From NCBI GenBank assembly GCA_043228905.1, contig JBHGNT010000017.1, forward strand, positions 6,944,001 through 7,008,000: a stretch of DNA of 64,000 nt, written 5' to 3'. The notes below the pieces were generated by a model. That model was not told the origin of the DNA and made no database searches. It saw only the letters and a program-made list of their open reading frames with translations. The translations under genes and the position numbers were made by a program. Shown here one piece after another: positions 39,105 through 52,300 of this stretch. Position 1 is the first letter of the stretch. The number at the start of each line of letters is the position of its first letter. This stretch comes from Azolla caroliniana (lineage: Eukaryota; Plantae; Polypodiophyta).

Positions 39105-39799
39105 CCTCTCTACGTGCACTCTCCCTCTCTCTCAGGTTTGTTTCATTAAGTGTGTTTTAGGTTTTATTCTAATAAAACCTTGTCTCTTTGTATCATGCCA
39201 TATATACTACCTTGATTGTTATAATTGGATTATGTATGTCATTCATATACTAACTTAAAGACGAAGAGGAAAGGTACTTGCAAGTGATGTTGTGGCCAAA
39301 GAACAATAGCCTAAATATGTGAGTTTTTCTGGTTAAATATTACTTCATGGGCTTCCTAAAGGAAGAGGATGGACTCATAAAGAGACCAAGGTACATGTTC
39401 AAGACACTAGGCCTAAGCACCTTTCATATTAAGGTATGAATTTATTTTCCTTTTGATGAATCGAACACATTTCCAAAACATGGCATGGTTGCAAGAATTT
39501 AGAATCAATCTGAGGGAGTTTCCTGAGGAATCTTGACTCAAATTAAAACTTTATAACTTTATAACTAAAATTACTATAGGGATTAAAACTTAAATATAAC
39601 TAAAAAATCTAAAAACATAATGAGAAAGGGAGAGAGGGCTAGTCATTAAGTATTAATTAAAAAGAGTAAAACAAATATTACTAACATGTTAAGTGGGAGC
39701 AAGAGAGAGAGAGGTGGATTAAGAGCAAAGTTATTACTAATTATCATATTTCTCTATTTTACTTTTTTATTTATTAGTATATCTAAATATAATTATGTG

Positions 39800-39918
39800 C
39801 ACGACCTTGATCGTCTGAGATTCCCCAAACCACTTCAGAGTCGTTCAAGCCCTAGATTCACGGGCTCTCACTATTTAATGTTTTTGTATCAAATAGTGAC
39901 GAGCAGGTGTAACTCGTG
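39800..39918 (-). repeat. Right copy of the ~120-bp inverted repeat pair
   Basis: Reverse complement of 31871-31990 with scattered mismatches. Confidence 0.7.
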
Positions 39919-41114
39919 TGCTTACAAGTACAAATTTGTGATGTAAAAATGAACACATTTAATAATTAACGTGTTGATTTCGATACTTTTTTTTTTTCCA
40001 AAAAACAAAACTACTTCCATTCGTTAAGGCAATGTAAATGTACAACTACAAACTTGTGATGTAAAAAATGAACACAATTAATAATTAAGGCGTTGAATTC
40101 AATGCTACTATTATGGCCCCTTAAATGTAAATGAATTGTAAAGTGACAACATACCTTAAAACTAAATGTCGAAACCCTAAAAAGAAAAGTCCAAGAAGAA
40201 GAAAACCAAAAAGAAAGAAGTTGAAGAAAAAAAAAGTCAAAGAAAAAGTTTTGTGTAATTTGTGTGCCTACAACTACAAACTTATGATGTAAAAAATGAA
40301 CACATTTAATAATTAACGTGTTGAATTTGATACTACTATTTTTTTTTATCCAAAAAAAAGAAACTACTTCCATTTGTTAAGGCAATGTAAATGTACAACT
40401 ACAAACTTGTGATGTAAAAAATGAACACATTTAATAATTAACGTGTTGAATTCAATACTGTTGAGAAGTAAGCTCAACATGGTATGTGATGCTTATTAGG
40501 AAATAAGCTATAGTGGCTATTTAGCTACTTGTGAACATAAAGGAGAAACAGCTAATTAGCTACTGACAACTATTTAGCGACTGACAACTAATTAGCTACT
40601 GACAGCTATTTAGCGACTGACAGCTAATTAGCTACAGGCAGCTAATTAGTTGCATATGTAAGTAACTTATTACTTAGGTAAAAAGTAAGAGAGTAGGTAA
40701 GTAAGAAATATACAGGAAGTAGAACTCTGAGTGAGAGAGTGAAGATAGAGAGGTAGAACTCAGAGAGTGAGAGTAGAAGAGAGAAACAGACGAGAGCAAG
40801 TAGAGTTCTGCGTGTAATGAAATAGAAGAAGTTTTGGCTGCTACAGAGGTAAGTCTCCTTCCCCCTTCCCTTTTGTGTTTGAGCACCAAATGATCCAGCA
40901 CACCACGATCCGCCGCGCACATAAGAAGAGCCTGAGTGCCTTCTTCACGTTTTCTTAACAAATACTACTATTAGAGACCCTTAAATGTAAATGAATTGTA
41001 AAGTGACTCCATACCCTATCCTAAAACTAATTGTCTAAAAGAGAAAGAAGTCGAAGAAGAAGAAAACTAAAAAGAAAGAAGTTGAAGAAGAAAAAAGAAG
41101 ACAAAGAAAAAGTT
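39919..41114 (+). repeat. AT-rich tandem repeat (~350-bp period with subunits), interrupted by a solo LTR
   Basis: TACAACTACAAACTTGTGATGTAAAAAATGAACACATTTAATAATTAACGTGTTGAATT recurs at ~39923, 40041, 40268 and 40393. The second long unit resumes after 40965. Confidence 0.8.
40459..40960 (+). mobile_element. Solo LTR (502 bp), Copia A/C-related
   Basis: TGTTGAG...TTAACA termini, exact TSD AATAC (40454-40458 and 40961-40965); starts TGTTGAGxxxxAAGCTCAAC like families A and C; internal ~18-bp CAGCTAATTAGCTACTGA repeats. Confidence 0.9.
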
Positions 41115-43088
41115 TAGTGAAGGATGAGATGGATTCCCTGCATGAGAACCACACCTATGAATTGACGGAGTTGCCGAAAGGAAAGAGAGCACTCCGGAAC
41201 AAGTGGGTGTACAAGTTGAAACCGAGAGATTCCAGAAATCCACCAAGGTATAATGCCCGCATTATGGTGAAGGGCTTCTAGGAGAAGAAAGTAGTGGACT
41301 TCGATGAGATCTTTGCCCCGGTAGTGAAGATGACATCCATCTGGACGGTGTTGAGCATAGCCGCAAGCATGGACCTCGAGGTAGAGCAACTAGGCGTCAA
41401 GACTGCATTCCTACATGGTGACCTTGAAGAAGAGATCTACATGCAATAGCCGGAAGGGTTTGTTAAGAAAGGGAAGGAGCACCTGGTGTGCCAGTTGAAG
41501 AAGAGCTTGTACGGACTGAAGCAACCTCCTCAGCAATGGTACCGGAAGTTCGACTCCTTCATGACCGACCAAGGATACCACAAGACGTAGGCCAACCACT
41601 GTGTATTTGTGAAGAAGTTCGACGGAGGAGACTTCCTGATATTGTTGTTTTACGTGGACGACATGTTGATCGTCGAATGGGACCGTATCAAAATCAGGAT
41701 GTTGAAGAAGGCCTTGAGCCATTCATTCGCAATGAAAGATATGGGTCCGACAAGGCATATATTGGGGATGCACGAATTCCAAGATTTGACGAAGAAACAA
41801 TTGTGGTTTTCATTGTCAAATGCTAAGCCGGTCGGGTCAACACTTCCGGCAAATTGCAAACTCTCCAGAAAGTAGAGCTCGAAGACAAAGGTAGATGATG
41901 AAAATACCATATGCCTCTATCGTTGGAAGTTTGATGTACGTTATGGTGTGCACATGACCGGATATCAGATATGCAATCAAAGTGGTCAGCTAGTTTATGA
42001 GCAATCCAGGAAGAGAACATTGGGCCTCTGTAAAGTGGATACTCCGGTACCTAAAAGGGACCTCGAGCATGTGCCTCCAATTCAGTAACCTCTATTGGAA
42101 GGCTTCACCGATTCGGATATGTCGGCTGATGCACATACCAACTGGTTTACATCCAGATATGTTATCGTGGCAGTCAAAGTTGCAGAAGTCTGTTGCACTA
42201 ACGACAATGGAAGCGGAGTACATGGTAGCCGTGGAATCCGGCAAATAGGTAATCTGGATGAAGGACTTCATCGGAGAGTTAGGGATTCAGCAAGAGGAAT
42301 TCCGACTCTATTACGGCAATCAAAGTGTCATCCACCTCACGAAGAACGCGGCCAACCATTCTCGAACCAAGCACATCCATGGGAGGTATCACTGGCTTCA
42401 GGAGAAGGTAGAAGATAAAGAGTTTTCACTGACGAAGATCCACACAGAGGAGAACGGGTCGGACATGCTGACCAAGGTGTTGTCAACTGAGAAGCAGGAC
42501 GCATGCCAGAAACGGATCGGATTGACTAGACATCCCATGCCGGAGTGAAGGGGTGAAGGGGGAGTTTGTTGGGAATTCGATCCCTCCGGATGAGAATCGG
42601 ACAAGCCGGACCGAATGGATCTGGAAGATATTTGGAAACCGGATCGGATGGATCCGGTTGTATCCAGTCAAACATTAGTTTATGTATATGTTCTGATGTG
42701 ATTGTTTTAGGTCACATTTGAAAATAGCTCATAAGTTATATGAGTATAAATATAACTAGGGTAAATAGTGTGTAGGTGGTTGTTATTATTGTACAGAGCG
42801 AGACAGAGAGAGATAGAGGAGATAGAGATACAGAAAGCGTTTCTGTTGTAACCGCCGTTTGGTGAAGATACAAAACTCGAGGTTGTTGCCTCCGAGACTC
42901 TATTGTAATACCTCTTACCTATAGTGATCATGTTCAGAGTTTGTGAACTTCCGTGGTTTTTCCCGATTAGGGTTTCCACGTTAACATTCGGTGGCGTCTT
43001 AGTTGTCTGTGTGAGTGCATTCTAATTTTCTATTTAATCTTCCATTTGCATTGTGGAACTCGGTTGTGGCCAAGAACGATTCCTCACA
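41115..43088 (+). mobile_element. Ty1/Copia family B 3' half: RT, RNase H, PPT, 3' LTR (42567-43088)
   Basis: NKWVYKLK, FYVDDML, FAMKDMG, HWASVKWILRYLKG, HSRTKHI, DMLTK; PPT GAAGGGGGAG at ~42555-42564; TGTTGG...CACA LTR. Confidence 0.88.
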
Positions 43089-44097
43089 TGTTCAAGTACC
43101 TAGGGTTTACGATGGGGAGGGCAATCCCCAAGGGAGCACAATTGTCCCATGTGCAAGCCAAAATAAGCAAGAAGCTGAACCAATGGAATAGATCTAAATT
43201 ATTCTTCACTGGTAGGGTCCTTATTGCGAACCAAGTGATACTCGCCATCATGTAGCACTCAGGCTCATGTTGGATAATGGACCCTGCAGGTCTGCACATG
43301 ATTAAGGCTACCATCAGGGAGTTTATATGGTCAAGTAAGGACAACCCAATGGCTTCCACCAAAGTGTCATGGCATTGGTTAACACAACCACGGGCCAAAG
43401 AGGGGCTTGGCCTCATAGACCCCTTCACGCAGAACCGAGCATTACTAGTCAAAATGGTGGTTCGGTGCCTCCTGCCCGGTAAGAGGTGTTGGAAGGTACT
43501 CCTTTGCAATAGGTTGCAAGCAGGGACTCCCAAGTATGATAGGCCTTGGCCTGACTCCTTGAACTGGTGTTGCACGAGTAGAGTCCAACCCAAGATGGCT
43601 TGTCAACCAGAGGATAAGGTAACGAACTCCATCTTATGGGCATGGTGTCACATGCGATAACATTTGGTCAAGCACATCTCAAAGACACTAATTGAGTGGA
43701 CTAGACAACCATTATTTTGGAATCCTCAGGTGCAAACAAGTGACGACATGATGTTAGGGAAATTTAAGGGCCTAGCATAGGCAAAGCTGGCATAGACAGG
43801 GTTGCACCCTATAGACGATTGGAGATGCATGGTTGCTCTAGGAGGAGCCATTCTCTCCCCTCAAGGTAGCTATGAGAATGAGGAGATTGATAGTTGAGGC
43901 AGTTGACAGGGTTCTGATGGGGGAGGTGAGAGAAGATGCATGGTTCAGTCTCTTTGATGAGGTTGGAATGGTTATGTTGTTGAAGGGCGTGAGCGAATCG
44001 AGAAAAGATACATTTTTTGGGGAGAGCCAGCGTAGGGGCACTTGGCACCCAATCCGAGTGGTTGCGCATGTTGATAACATCTGGAAGATAGACGCGG
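43089..44097 (+). mobile_element. L1 LINE ORF2 fragment (RT thumb region), left part
   Basis: FKYLGF, GRVLIANQVI, IREFIWS, KVSWHWLTQPRAKEGLGLID. Continues at 55828 after the nested LTR insertion. Confidence 0.8.
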
Positions 44098-44814
44098 TGT
44101 CGTGATGTTTTCGACACATAGTGTGAAACCACCCTCAAAAGAGAATAAAATAGTGATCCAAATAAACTAATTTTCTTAATTCAACTATAGTAATAAATGA
44201 AAGGATAAAAAGTTAGAAGAGGTTTTCGAAAGTAGACAAAAATAGAGAAAAAGATGGGAAAAGAAAAGCTAGTCATGGATATGAGGAGCAAGGTCGAGTA
44301 AAAAGCTCATAATTTCCTCGTCAAATGTCCAAATTAGAAAAGAAAAGATGCATAAGAAAGGTAACCTAAAGAGATTTCTAAGAATATCTTGCATGTGAAA
44401 TTTGAGTCTAGAAAACAGAAATAGTGAGGAAAAGAAAAGTCGACTCATATAGACAAACTTTGTTTTAGGGGAAAAAGGCAAGCAATCCTAAACCTATAAA
44501 TAAGAGCCTATTCTAGTGAAGAAGGGGGGGAGGGAGAAGGAACGCGGAAGCATTACTCAATTGGAAAGTGGAAGAAGAAGGATCAACAACATCGAGAGGC
44601 ATCATCAACAAAGAAACTCCTTCTATACTCCACTCTCTTCTTTCCTCCACCTCTCTTCCCCCATTCCTTTATAAACAATCCTTCATATTCGCATCCAACC
44701 CATTGTAACATGATTCTTATATTATAAAAGAATCTATTATATTGATATAAACTAATGTTTTCTTTCATCTACTTGGCTTATGTGTAAATCTTGATTGTGC
44801 TTATTTGTTATCAT

Positions 44815-45690
44815 CATTTGTGCTTATTTGTTTGTGTGTCTTGTGATAAGGAGCGTTTCGGGCTTGCCCACGCACCTCTCCTTTCACAAAGGCATTCAAA
44901 CCTACATGTCTTATATGTTATCATAGTTTGTGCTTATTTGTTTGTGTGTCTTGTGGCAAGGGATCGTTTCGGGCTTGCCCATGCACCTCTCCTTTCACAA
45001 AGGCATTCAAACTTGCGTGCCTTGCGTGTTAGTGTAAATCTTGCTTGTGTGTTCGTGCAACTTGTGGCAAGGGAGCATTCAGGCTTGCCCATGCACCTCT
45101 CCTTTCACAAAGGCATTCGAAATCGTGTCTTGCGTGTTAGTGTAAATTTTGCTTGTGTGTTCGTGCGACTTGTGGCAAGGGAGCGTTTGGGCTTGCCCAT
45201 GCACCTCTCCTTTCACAAAGGCATTCGAAATCATGTCACCCGTGTGTAAACCTTGCTTGTGTGTTCGTGCGACTTGTGGCAAGGGAGCGTTCGGGCTTGC
45301 CCATGCACCTCTCCTTTCACAAAGGCATTCGAAATCATGTCACCCGTGTGTAAACCTTGCTTGTGTGTTCGTGCAACTTGTGGCAAGGGAGCGTTCGGGC
45401 TTGCCCATGCACCTCTCCTTTCACAAAGGCGTTTGAAATTGTGTCTCCTGTGTGTAAACCTTGCTTGTGTGTTCGCGTGTCTTGTAACAAGGGAGCGTTC
45501 AAGCTTGCCCATGCACCTCTCTTTTCACAAAGGCATTCGAAACTATGTCTCTCGTGTGTGTAAGTAAGCCTTTTCCTTGTGTGTTCGCGTGTCTTGTAAC
45601 AGGGAAGGCATTCGAAACTCTGTCTCTCGTGTGTGTAAGTAAGCATTTTCCTTGTGTGTCCATGTGTAAGCCTTCCCCACGTGCATTCGT
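44815..45690 (+). repeat. Tandem array of ~104-110-bp units (about 7 full plus shortened copies)
   Basis: CTTGTGGCAAGGGAGCGTTCGGGCTTGCCCATGCACCTCTCCTTTCACAAAGGCATTCGAA core; exact 104-bp spacing at 45251, 45355 and 45459; one more partial unit at ~55657. Confidence 0.92.
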
Positions 45691-46193
45691 TCTCCTTGTG
45701 TTAACTCTTAGGGCCGGACAATGGCCTAACACAGGGTGTCTACGGAAGACACTTCACCAAAGGGGTGTTACGGCAATAGGATTAGACTCAACGATTAATC
45801 CGACTTAATTAGGCTACTTAACAAGATCATCCTTAATAATCACACGCGTAAGATATAACAATGAATGCAGAACGGCAATTAACACAGAGAGATAACCACA
45901 CTAAGCTTTATTAATTAACCGCTACTCATTACATTGTATCCGGGCCTTTAAATAGGTTTCCGGTCTGTCGTACAAAACGGTGCCATCCGCACCTGTTCGG
46001 GATCGGTCCGGATCCGGAACGGCATACCTATTCCAGTCTGTCCGTCCACACTACTAATAGCTTACATACAACCATTCCTAATAATTAAATAACTCCTTGG
46101 TTTCACACTCTGGACTCCTTTGCCGGCCGGTAACACATGGCACGCCCGTGGGACAATACCTTGTACGTCGAATCCACCATCCGACCCTTGCTA

Positions 46194-49100
46194 TTATTCG
46201 TCCAAAATATCCAGAATGCTTTGTTCGAGAGTCTCCAATGGTTCATCTGGAATTGGTTGTTGTTGTTGTGGTTGTGGTTGTGGTTGCTGCTGCTGCTGTT
46301 GCTGCTCTGTTGATGGCTGCTGCGACTGGTCCTTTGGTGGCTGTTGCGGCTGCTCCTCCATTTGTTGGTCTGACACCGGCGTTTCCGTCGTTACTCCCTC
46401 TGTCGTAGTGGTCTCCGGTTGACTGGTTCCGGCCTGGCCCTCGACCGGCGACGGGTCCTCATCACTAAGGTTAACCATTGCTGCTTCCCGTGCTTTTTCT
46501 TCCCAAACCCGGGACCGCTCGTAGCTTTCAAACTGGATTTGAGCGTCCAACCTATCATCGTCTAGCTGAGCTACGAGTTGCCGGACTTGCGCCAGTTGTT
46601 CATCCGCCAGGACTTGGAAGTCTTCGGCCAGCTCGTCCCGTATGGCGGTGAAGTCCTCGGAAGTCAACGTGTAACAATCATCTCCTTCCTTCCGCCGGTT
46701 TGCCACGTCTGCCCGTAGCAATTGGAGTTCCGCCGCATTTTGTGCCCACTTTGTCCACCATCTTACGGAGCTTTCGTCAATCAAGCGTTTTGTCTAATTC
46801 AACCATGCCCGGAGGATGCACTGAATCCGGCCCGTTCCCAATTGCGATTTGATCTCCACCGCTTGTCGTTCCTCCTTCAATTACTTGATGATTTTGGCGT
46901 TGTCTTCCGCCTGCTCCTTGTAATGCGTCAATTGCCTTTGATATGTGCTTTATAATTTCTGCAATACCGTTGACGCTCTCTCCTTTTCTTCCTGTTGCTG
47001 CCTTTGGAGCTCCATCCGGACCTTCTCCGCCTCATCCAACTGTCTTGTATTTTCCGCACGTTCGTCGGCCATCACCATCGCGGCCCGATCAACTTCCTGG
47101 TGGAGCTCGGCCATCCGTTCCTAATGCTCCGTTTCCAACCATTTGTAGTCCCGGTGCAGGTGCTCAAAATCATCTGTCTTTTGCTTGAGCCGTGCGTTGA
47201 TCTGTCGATGGGCCCGGTCCTCGCGGTCCTTCTGTTGGCGGAGCTCTTCCTTTAGCCGTTCAATTTCCATTTCCGCCGTCTTCCGCAGCTTGTCCTTTTC
47301 CTGCAGCACTTTGTCTTTTTCCTCCCTTAGCCGGTCGTACGCTTGATGGCCTTTCCGGAGGCTCTCCTCTGCCCGGCGAAGGTTCTCAGCAGTCTTCTTT
47401 AATTCTGATTCAGCCGCTGTCTTCAATTCCCGTTCCCGGCTCCTTAGCACTTCTTGTGCGGCAAGTTCATCTCTCAATTCCGCAAGCTCCTGGGCTTGCG
47501 CTGCATCTCTCTCTGGAACGGTTTCCGTTGCCAGGGTCTTATTGGTATGTACAGGTTGATCTGTTTCTTTATTTTGTACACTTATCGGAGTCACCGGTGA
47601 TTGGATCTGTGTTGCCGTTAAGGCCATTTTGGCCATCTCTACCGTGACCTGATCCAAGTCTTTTTCAAGGCACCGGATTCTAGACCGGGCCGTCTCTAGT
47701 TGTTCGGTTGTGACGAGCAACCGTTCGCTTTGTGCTCTTTCTTCCGCCTCAATATACCCCACTGTTCTGGCAATCTGTTCGCCTATCCACCGGAGCCACA
47801 GGCTACCGGTGCATTGTTGTTGTGCTTGCACGGAGGTTTCACAGATGGGCTCGCTTGTAGATGGGTGGTCCCGCCTGATTGCGCCGAGCTGCAATTCCGT
47901 TTCTGCCCGTGGACCACCCTGCTGTCCTAGTTCCCCTTGCGCTTCTTCTTGGTTGGCGGAGGGAGGCTGTATTGACCTTTCCGGCTCTAGCGGAAGGGGA
48001 CTTGTCGGTGTTGCCGGTGGTGCAGGGGCTTCTGATTCCGGTGCCCTGCGCACCGGTTCCGGTTCCTCCCTTGGCGTGGGAGTCTTAGTATGGGGAGCCG
48101 ATGTTCCCTCCGTCTGAGGGTCCGAACGTTTCCCGGCTGCCTCAACGGTCCTTGTCGACGACCATCGCTGGAGGTGCTCCGTAGGCTCCTCCTCTATTTC
48201 CTCTTCCTGAGTCCCGACATTGAGTTTTGCCGCCAAGGGGTACGCTTCTCTATTCATCGGTCGGCGGAGTGTAGCCTTTACGGGCCGTACCGGTGGTTCC
48301 TCCTGCGCATCCGTTGGCCGCTTCCGGCTGGCGCTCTCCTTTCCCGCCTGTTCTGCGTCCGCCGCCTTCCCCTTAGTGGCCTTAGAGGCCAACAACTGTT
48401 GTCTTTTGGAAGCCGTCTTTGGGGTGCCGTCCGCCACTCTTCGCCGCTTCTTGGGCTGGACGGGCTGGACGGGTGGCACAATCAAGGTGAGCCACTGCGT
48501 TACTGCGTGCCATATCCTCCGTCCTTCTCGGCCTTCTCTGTCGTCTTTTCCTCTAACGATCTCAATCGCCGCACACAAACCGTCTGCGATCAATACCGGC
48601 CAATCCACCTTGATCCCTTCATAGGTGGCGATGATCATCCCTACCCGATTCTGCGGCATGATAGGGGGTCTGGGGTACACCTGGCCGTATTCGTGGAGCA
48701 CACGGGCAATCTCGCGAAACAGCATATCACCGCCGCCCTGTGTCTGGTAGCCCTTGCTGGCTAGGGAGTACTCACCAAAATACTTGATGAGTTGCTCCGA
48801 GGTCGGATTGTCAATCATGAATATGCCTCCCTCCAGAAGGCCTGTTAACGCACGGATTGCCTCATCTGTTATGACCTCTGTGTCGATTTCTTTGATCACC
48901 TTGTCGGCTTCTTTGTGTGGTGGTACCTCCATAATCGTCAAGAAGCCCTCGAGCCCGTGTTGCTTTAGCCATTTCTTAGCGGCTTCCGACAGCGTTTGCG
49001 GGTCCATGTCTGTGTCGAGGTCGGATTGTGGTGGTGAGGTTGGCTGGTGATGAGAGTGAGGGTGAGAGAGAGAGAGTTCAGAAGGCGGGAGTTCTCTGTG

Positions 49101-49313
49101 CGTAGGTTCTCGTCTGATGATCTTCCAGCGCCTTGGTGCTTCTGTGCTCCTGGGTTTGCGAAAGTAGAGGGTCTCCACGCGCAGTGGTTTTTCTCTGTGC
49201 ATTCTGGCACCTTTTTCGAGTATGTGCACGTCGTGTACTAAAATAGCATTATGTCCTGTGGTGGCGCTTAAATGCCCACTACGTACCTTTTCGCTCCTCG
49301 CTCTCTCGTCCAT
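46194..49313 (-). pseudogene. Extra ORF of Gypsy F (probable start MDPQTL at 49007; ~940 aa ancestrally), globular N-domain, low-complexity linker, long coiled coil, poly-Q/P tail
   Basis: The 730-aa ORF 47121-49313 and the 196-aa ORF 46194-46784 are bridged by coiled-coil-coding sequence containing TAG/TAA stops and one frameshift. Same strand as pol. Confidence 0.75.
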
Positions 49314-49372
49314 TCATACCTCGCTTTTGCATGATTACTTCTTCTTTTTTCTTTTTTTTTTGTGCTGTGAGG

Positions 49373-52300
49373 TTAGTTTTCCGGTGGTCCTATCGGACCC
49401 TTACCGGCTTCATTACGGTTTTCCATCGCCTCATTCTCCCCTGTTACCGGCTTGCCGTCTCCTCCATCTTGGTGGTTGCCATTCCCCTCACAGGTTGTCG
49501 TTTCCTCACCGATGTCGGTCCTTTGCTCAAATGGGTTCTTGGGCATCAGTCCTCTATATGGCTTCAATCGGAATCCATTGACCCATTTGCTTAGCACTTC
49601 GCCGGCAAGTGTCCCTAACTGGTAGGACCCATTATACTCACGTGTCAGCCACGGACCGGTCCATCTAAACCGTAGTTTACCTGACATCTTGCCCATCCGG
49701 GTCTGAAATACTAACACTGGATTGCCGATTGCGAACACTTTTTCATTTCCTTTCCTGTGCCGGTCGACAAATGCTTTCCGTCGCCGTTGTTCCAATTCTA
49801 AGTGCAGGATGCTTGCCAGTCGTTGTTCCTCGAGTTCACACAGCGCTGTTAACCGTATTGCCTCCGACTCCTTCTTGTTCAGCCGTTCCCATAGCTGGAT
49901 CCGTAACCTTGGTACTTGGAATTCCACCGGCATGACCGCCTCTAGTCCGAACGCTAACCGGAATGGTGTTGTCCGGATGCTCGTTTTGTATGTTGTCTGG
50001 TATGCCCAAAGCGCGCTATGTAGCTTGGTATCCCAATCCGTTCGGTTTTCGTTGACGATCTTCCGGAGGATATTCTGGAGCGTTTTGTTCGTCGATTCAG
50101 CTAACCCGTTCGCTTGCGGATAGTATGGTGTGCTCCGTTTATGGACAACGGCATAGAATGTCGTTAGGCTTTCAACTACTTGGTCGAGAAAGTGTCCCTC
50201 TTGGTCGCTTATTAATTCGATTGGGCATCCGTAACGGCACCAGATGTACTCATATAGAAATTTTGCCGTTGACGCAGCGGTGTTGTCTCTTAAGGCTTTG
50301 GCCTCCACCCATTTCGTGCAGTAATCCGTCGTGACGATGACGTACCAATTACCTGTTTTTATTGCCGGTGGTTTGAACGGTCCAACAAAGTCCAGCCCCC
50401 ACTTCTGGAATGGTTCGAGTGGTAGTACAGGCTGGTGTGGCATCCGAGCCTGCTCCGTTGGCTGGCCCATTCGCCGGCATAGGTCACATTCTTTTGCGTA
50501 CCGTACAGCATCTCTTAATGTCGTTGGCCACCATAGGCCACTTTGCCATATTTTCCTGGCCGTCGCATCTTCGGCATAGTGACCTCCGGCAACTCCGTAG
50601 TGGGCTTCCCTCAGTATGAGGTCCTTTTCATCGCTGTGCACAGCCCGTCTCCATATGCCGTCCGCGCCCTTGTGGTAAAGTGTGTCTCGCAGTAAGCAGA
50701 AATGTCGTCTTTGCACCGCCAGGCGTTTCCTTTCGTCCCGGTTCATCTCTTCCGGAGGCAGTCCTGTGCTCAGAAACTGGTGCATATTTGTGAGCCACTT
50801 GTCTTCCTGTGCCACCGTCTCATCTGTTGCCGTTTCCGTAGTGACTCGAAACAGCTCTGCATCCGGAAACTCGTCCGCTACTCCGTCACCCGTCTCTTCG
50901 GACTCTAATCGGCTTAAGTAATCTGCCACGGCGTGCTGTATACCGGGTCGGTGGAATATTTCAAACTCGAATTCCTGTAACAGTAAGGTCCACCGGGCCA
51001 ACTTACCGGTGAGTGACGCCTTGGACACCAGGTAAAGGAGTGCCGAATGATCTACATGGAAGGAAAACTTCCTTCCTAATAAATAATGCTGAAACTTTGT
51101 CACACTGTAGATCATCCCTAGAGCTTCCCGTTCCGTGGTAGAGTAGTTCCGTTCCGCTTGGGATAGCTTTCGGCTGGCATAGTACACTGGCCCGTACCAC
51201 TTTGGCTCCGTAAGCTGCATCAGTACTATTCCGATTGCGATGTCGGAGGCGTCCACGAACACATGAAATTCTTTACTCCAATCCGGAGGCTGCACTACTG
51301 GTGCTTGCGACAATAGTACCTTGAGGGCCCTATACGCCCTATCCTCGGTGTCGGTCCACTAGAATGGTGTCCGATGTACGGCGGCATGCAACGGTGTAGC
51401 CAGGTCAGCCAAGTATCGGAGCATCCGGTTGTGCCACCGGATCTGGCCTAAGAACCGGCTCAATGCCTTTGCCGTTGCCGGCGCCGGTGCTTCTAATATG
51501 GCTTTCACTTTGTCTGGGTCGACTGCAATACCTTCCTGGCTCACAATATGTCCTAATAAGGTTCCACTGGACACGCCAAATACACACTTTGCCGGATTCA
51601 AGCTTAGCCGGTACGCTCTACACTTTTCTAGACAAAGATGGAGGTGCTGAAAATGGTCCTCCTCCCGCCTATAGACAACGAAATTGTCAAGGAAAACCTG
51701 CATAAAAGCCGGGATATATTCACCAAAGATTTCCATGATGATTCGTTGAAATGTTGCCGGTGCCGTTTTGAGTCCGAACATCATCATCACGGCCACAAAC
51801 ACCCCCCATTCGGTAACGAAAGCCGTTTTCTCTTGGTCGTCGGGGTGCATCCGGATCTGATTATACCCGCTGAATCCATCTAGAAAGCTATAGACCTCAT
51901 GGCCGGCGACGGCATCCAACACTCCATCTGTGAACGGAAGTGGAAACGCATCCGTTACCGTAGCCGCATTGAGTTTCCGGTAGTCCACACAAACTTGAAT
52001 TTTTCCGTTCTTCTTCGGTACAACTACGATCGGGCTCAGCCATGTCGCTTTCTTTACCGAACGGATAAAGCCAACTCTTAGCACTTTGTCGATTTCCTCC
52101 TTGATTTTGGCGGCATAATTGGGATTCATCCGATACCGTCTTTGTGCCACTGGTTTTGCGTCCTTGCTCAAGTGAACTTGATGCTGGTATAACTGAGGGT
52201 CGAGTCCTCGCATGTCTTCGTATGACCAGGCGAACACATCGCGAAATTCTGTGAGAAGTGTGATCATCTCCGTTTTCTCTTCGGACTTCATCTCCTTGGC

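Noticed and set aside
44815-45690. Repeat array resembling a CRISPR array, and its repetitive ORFs
   Set aside because: Whole units repeat with no unique spacers, there are no cas genes and the context is eukaryotic. The ORFs are by-products of the repeat.
46120-46422. Cys-rich metallothionein-like ORF (GCCCCGCGCG)
   Set aside because: It is the antisense reading of the eORF poly-Q/P codons.
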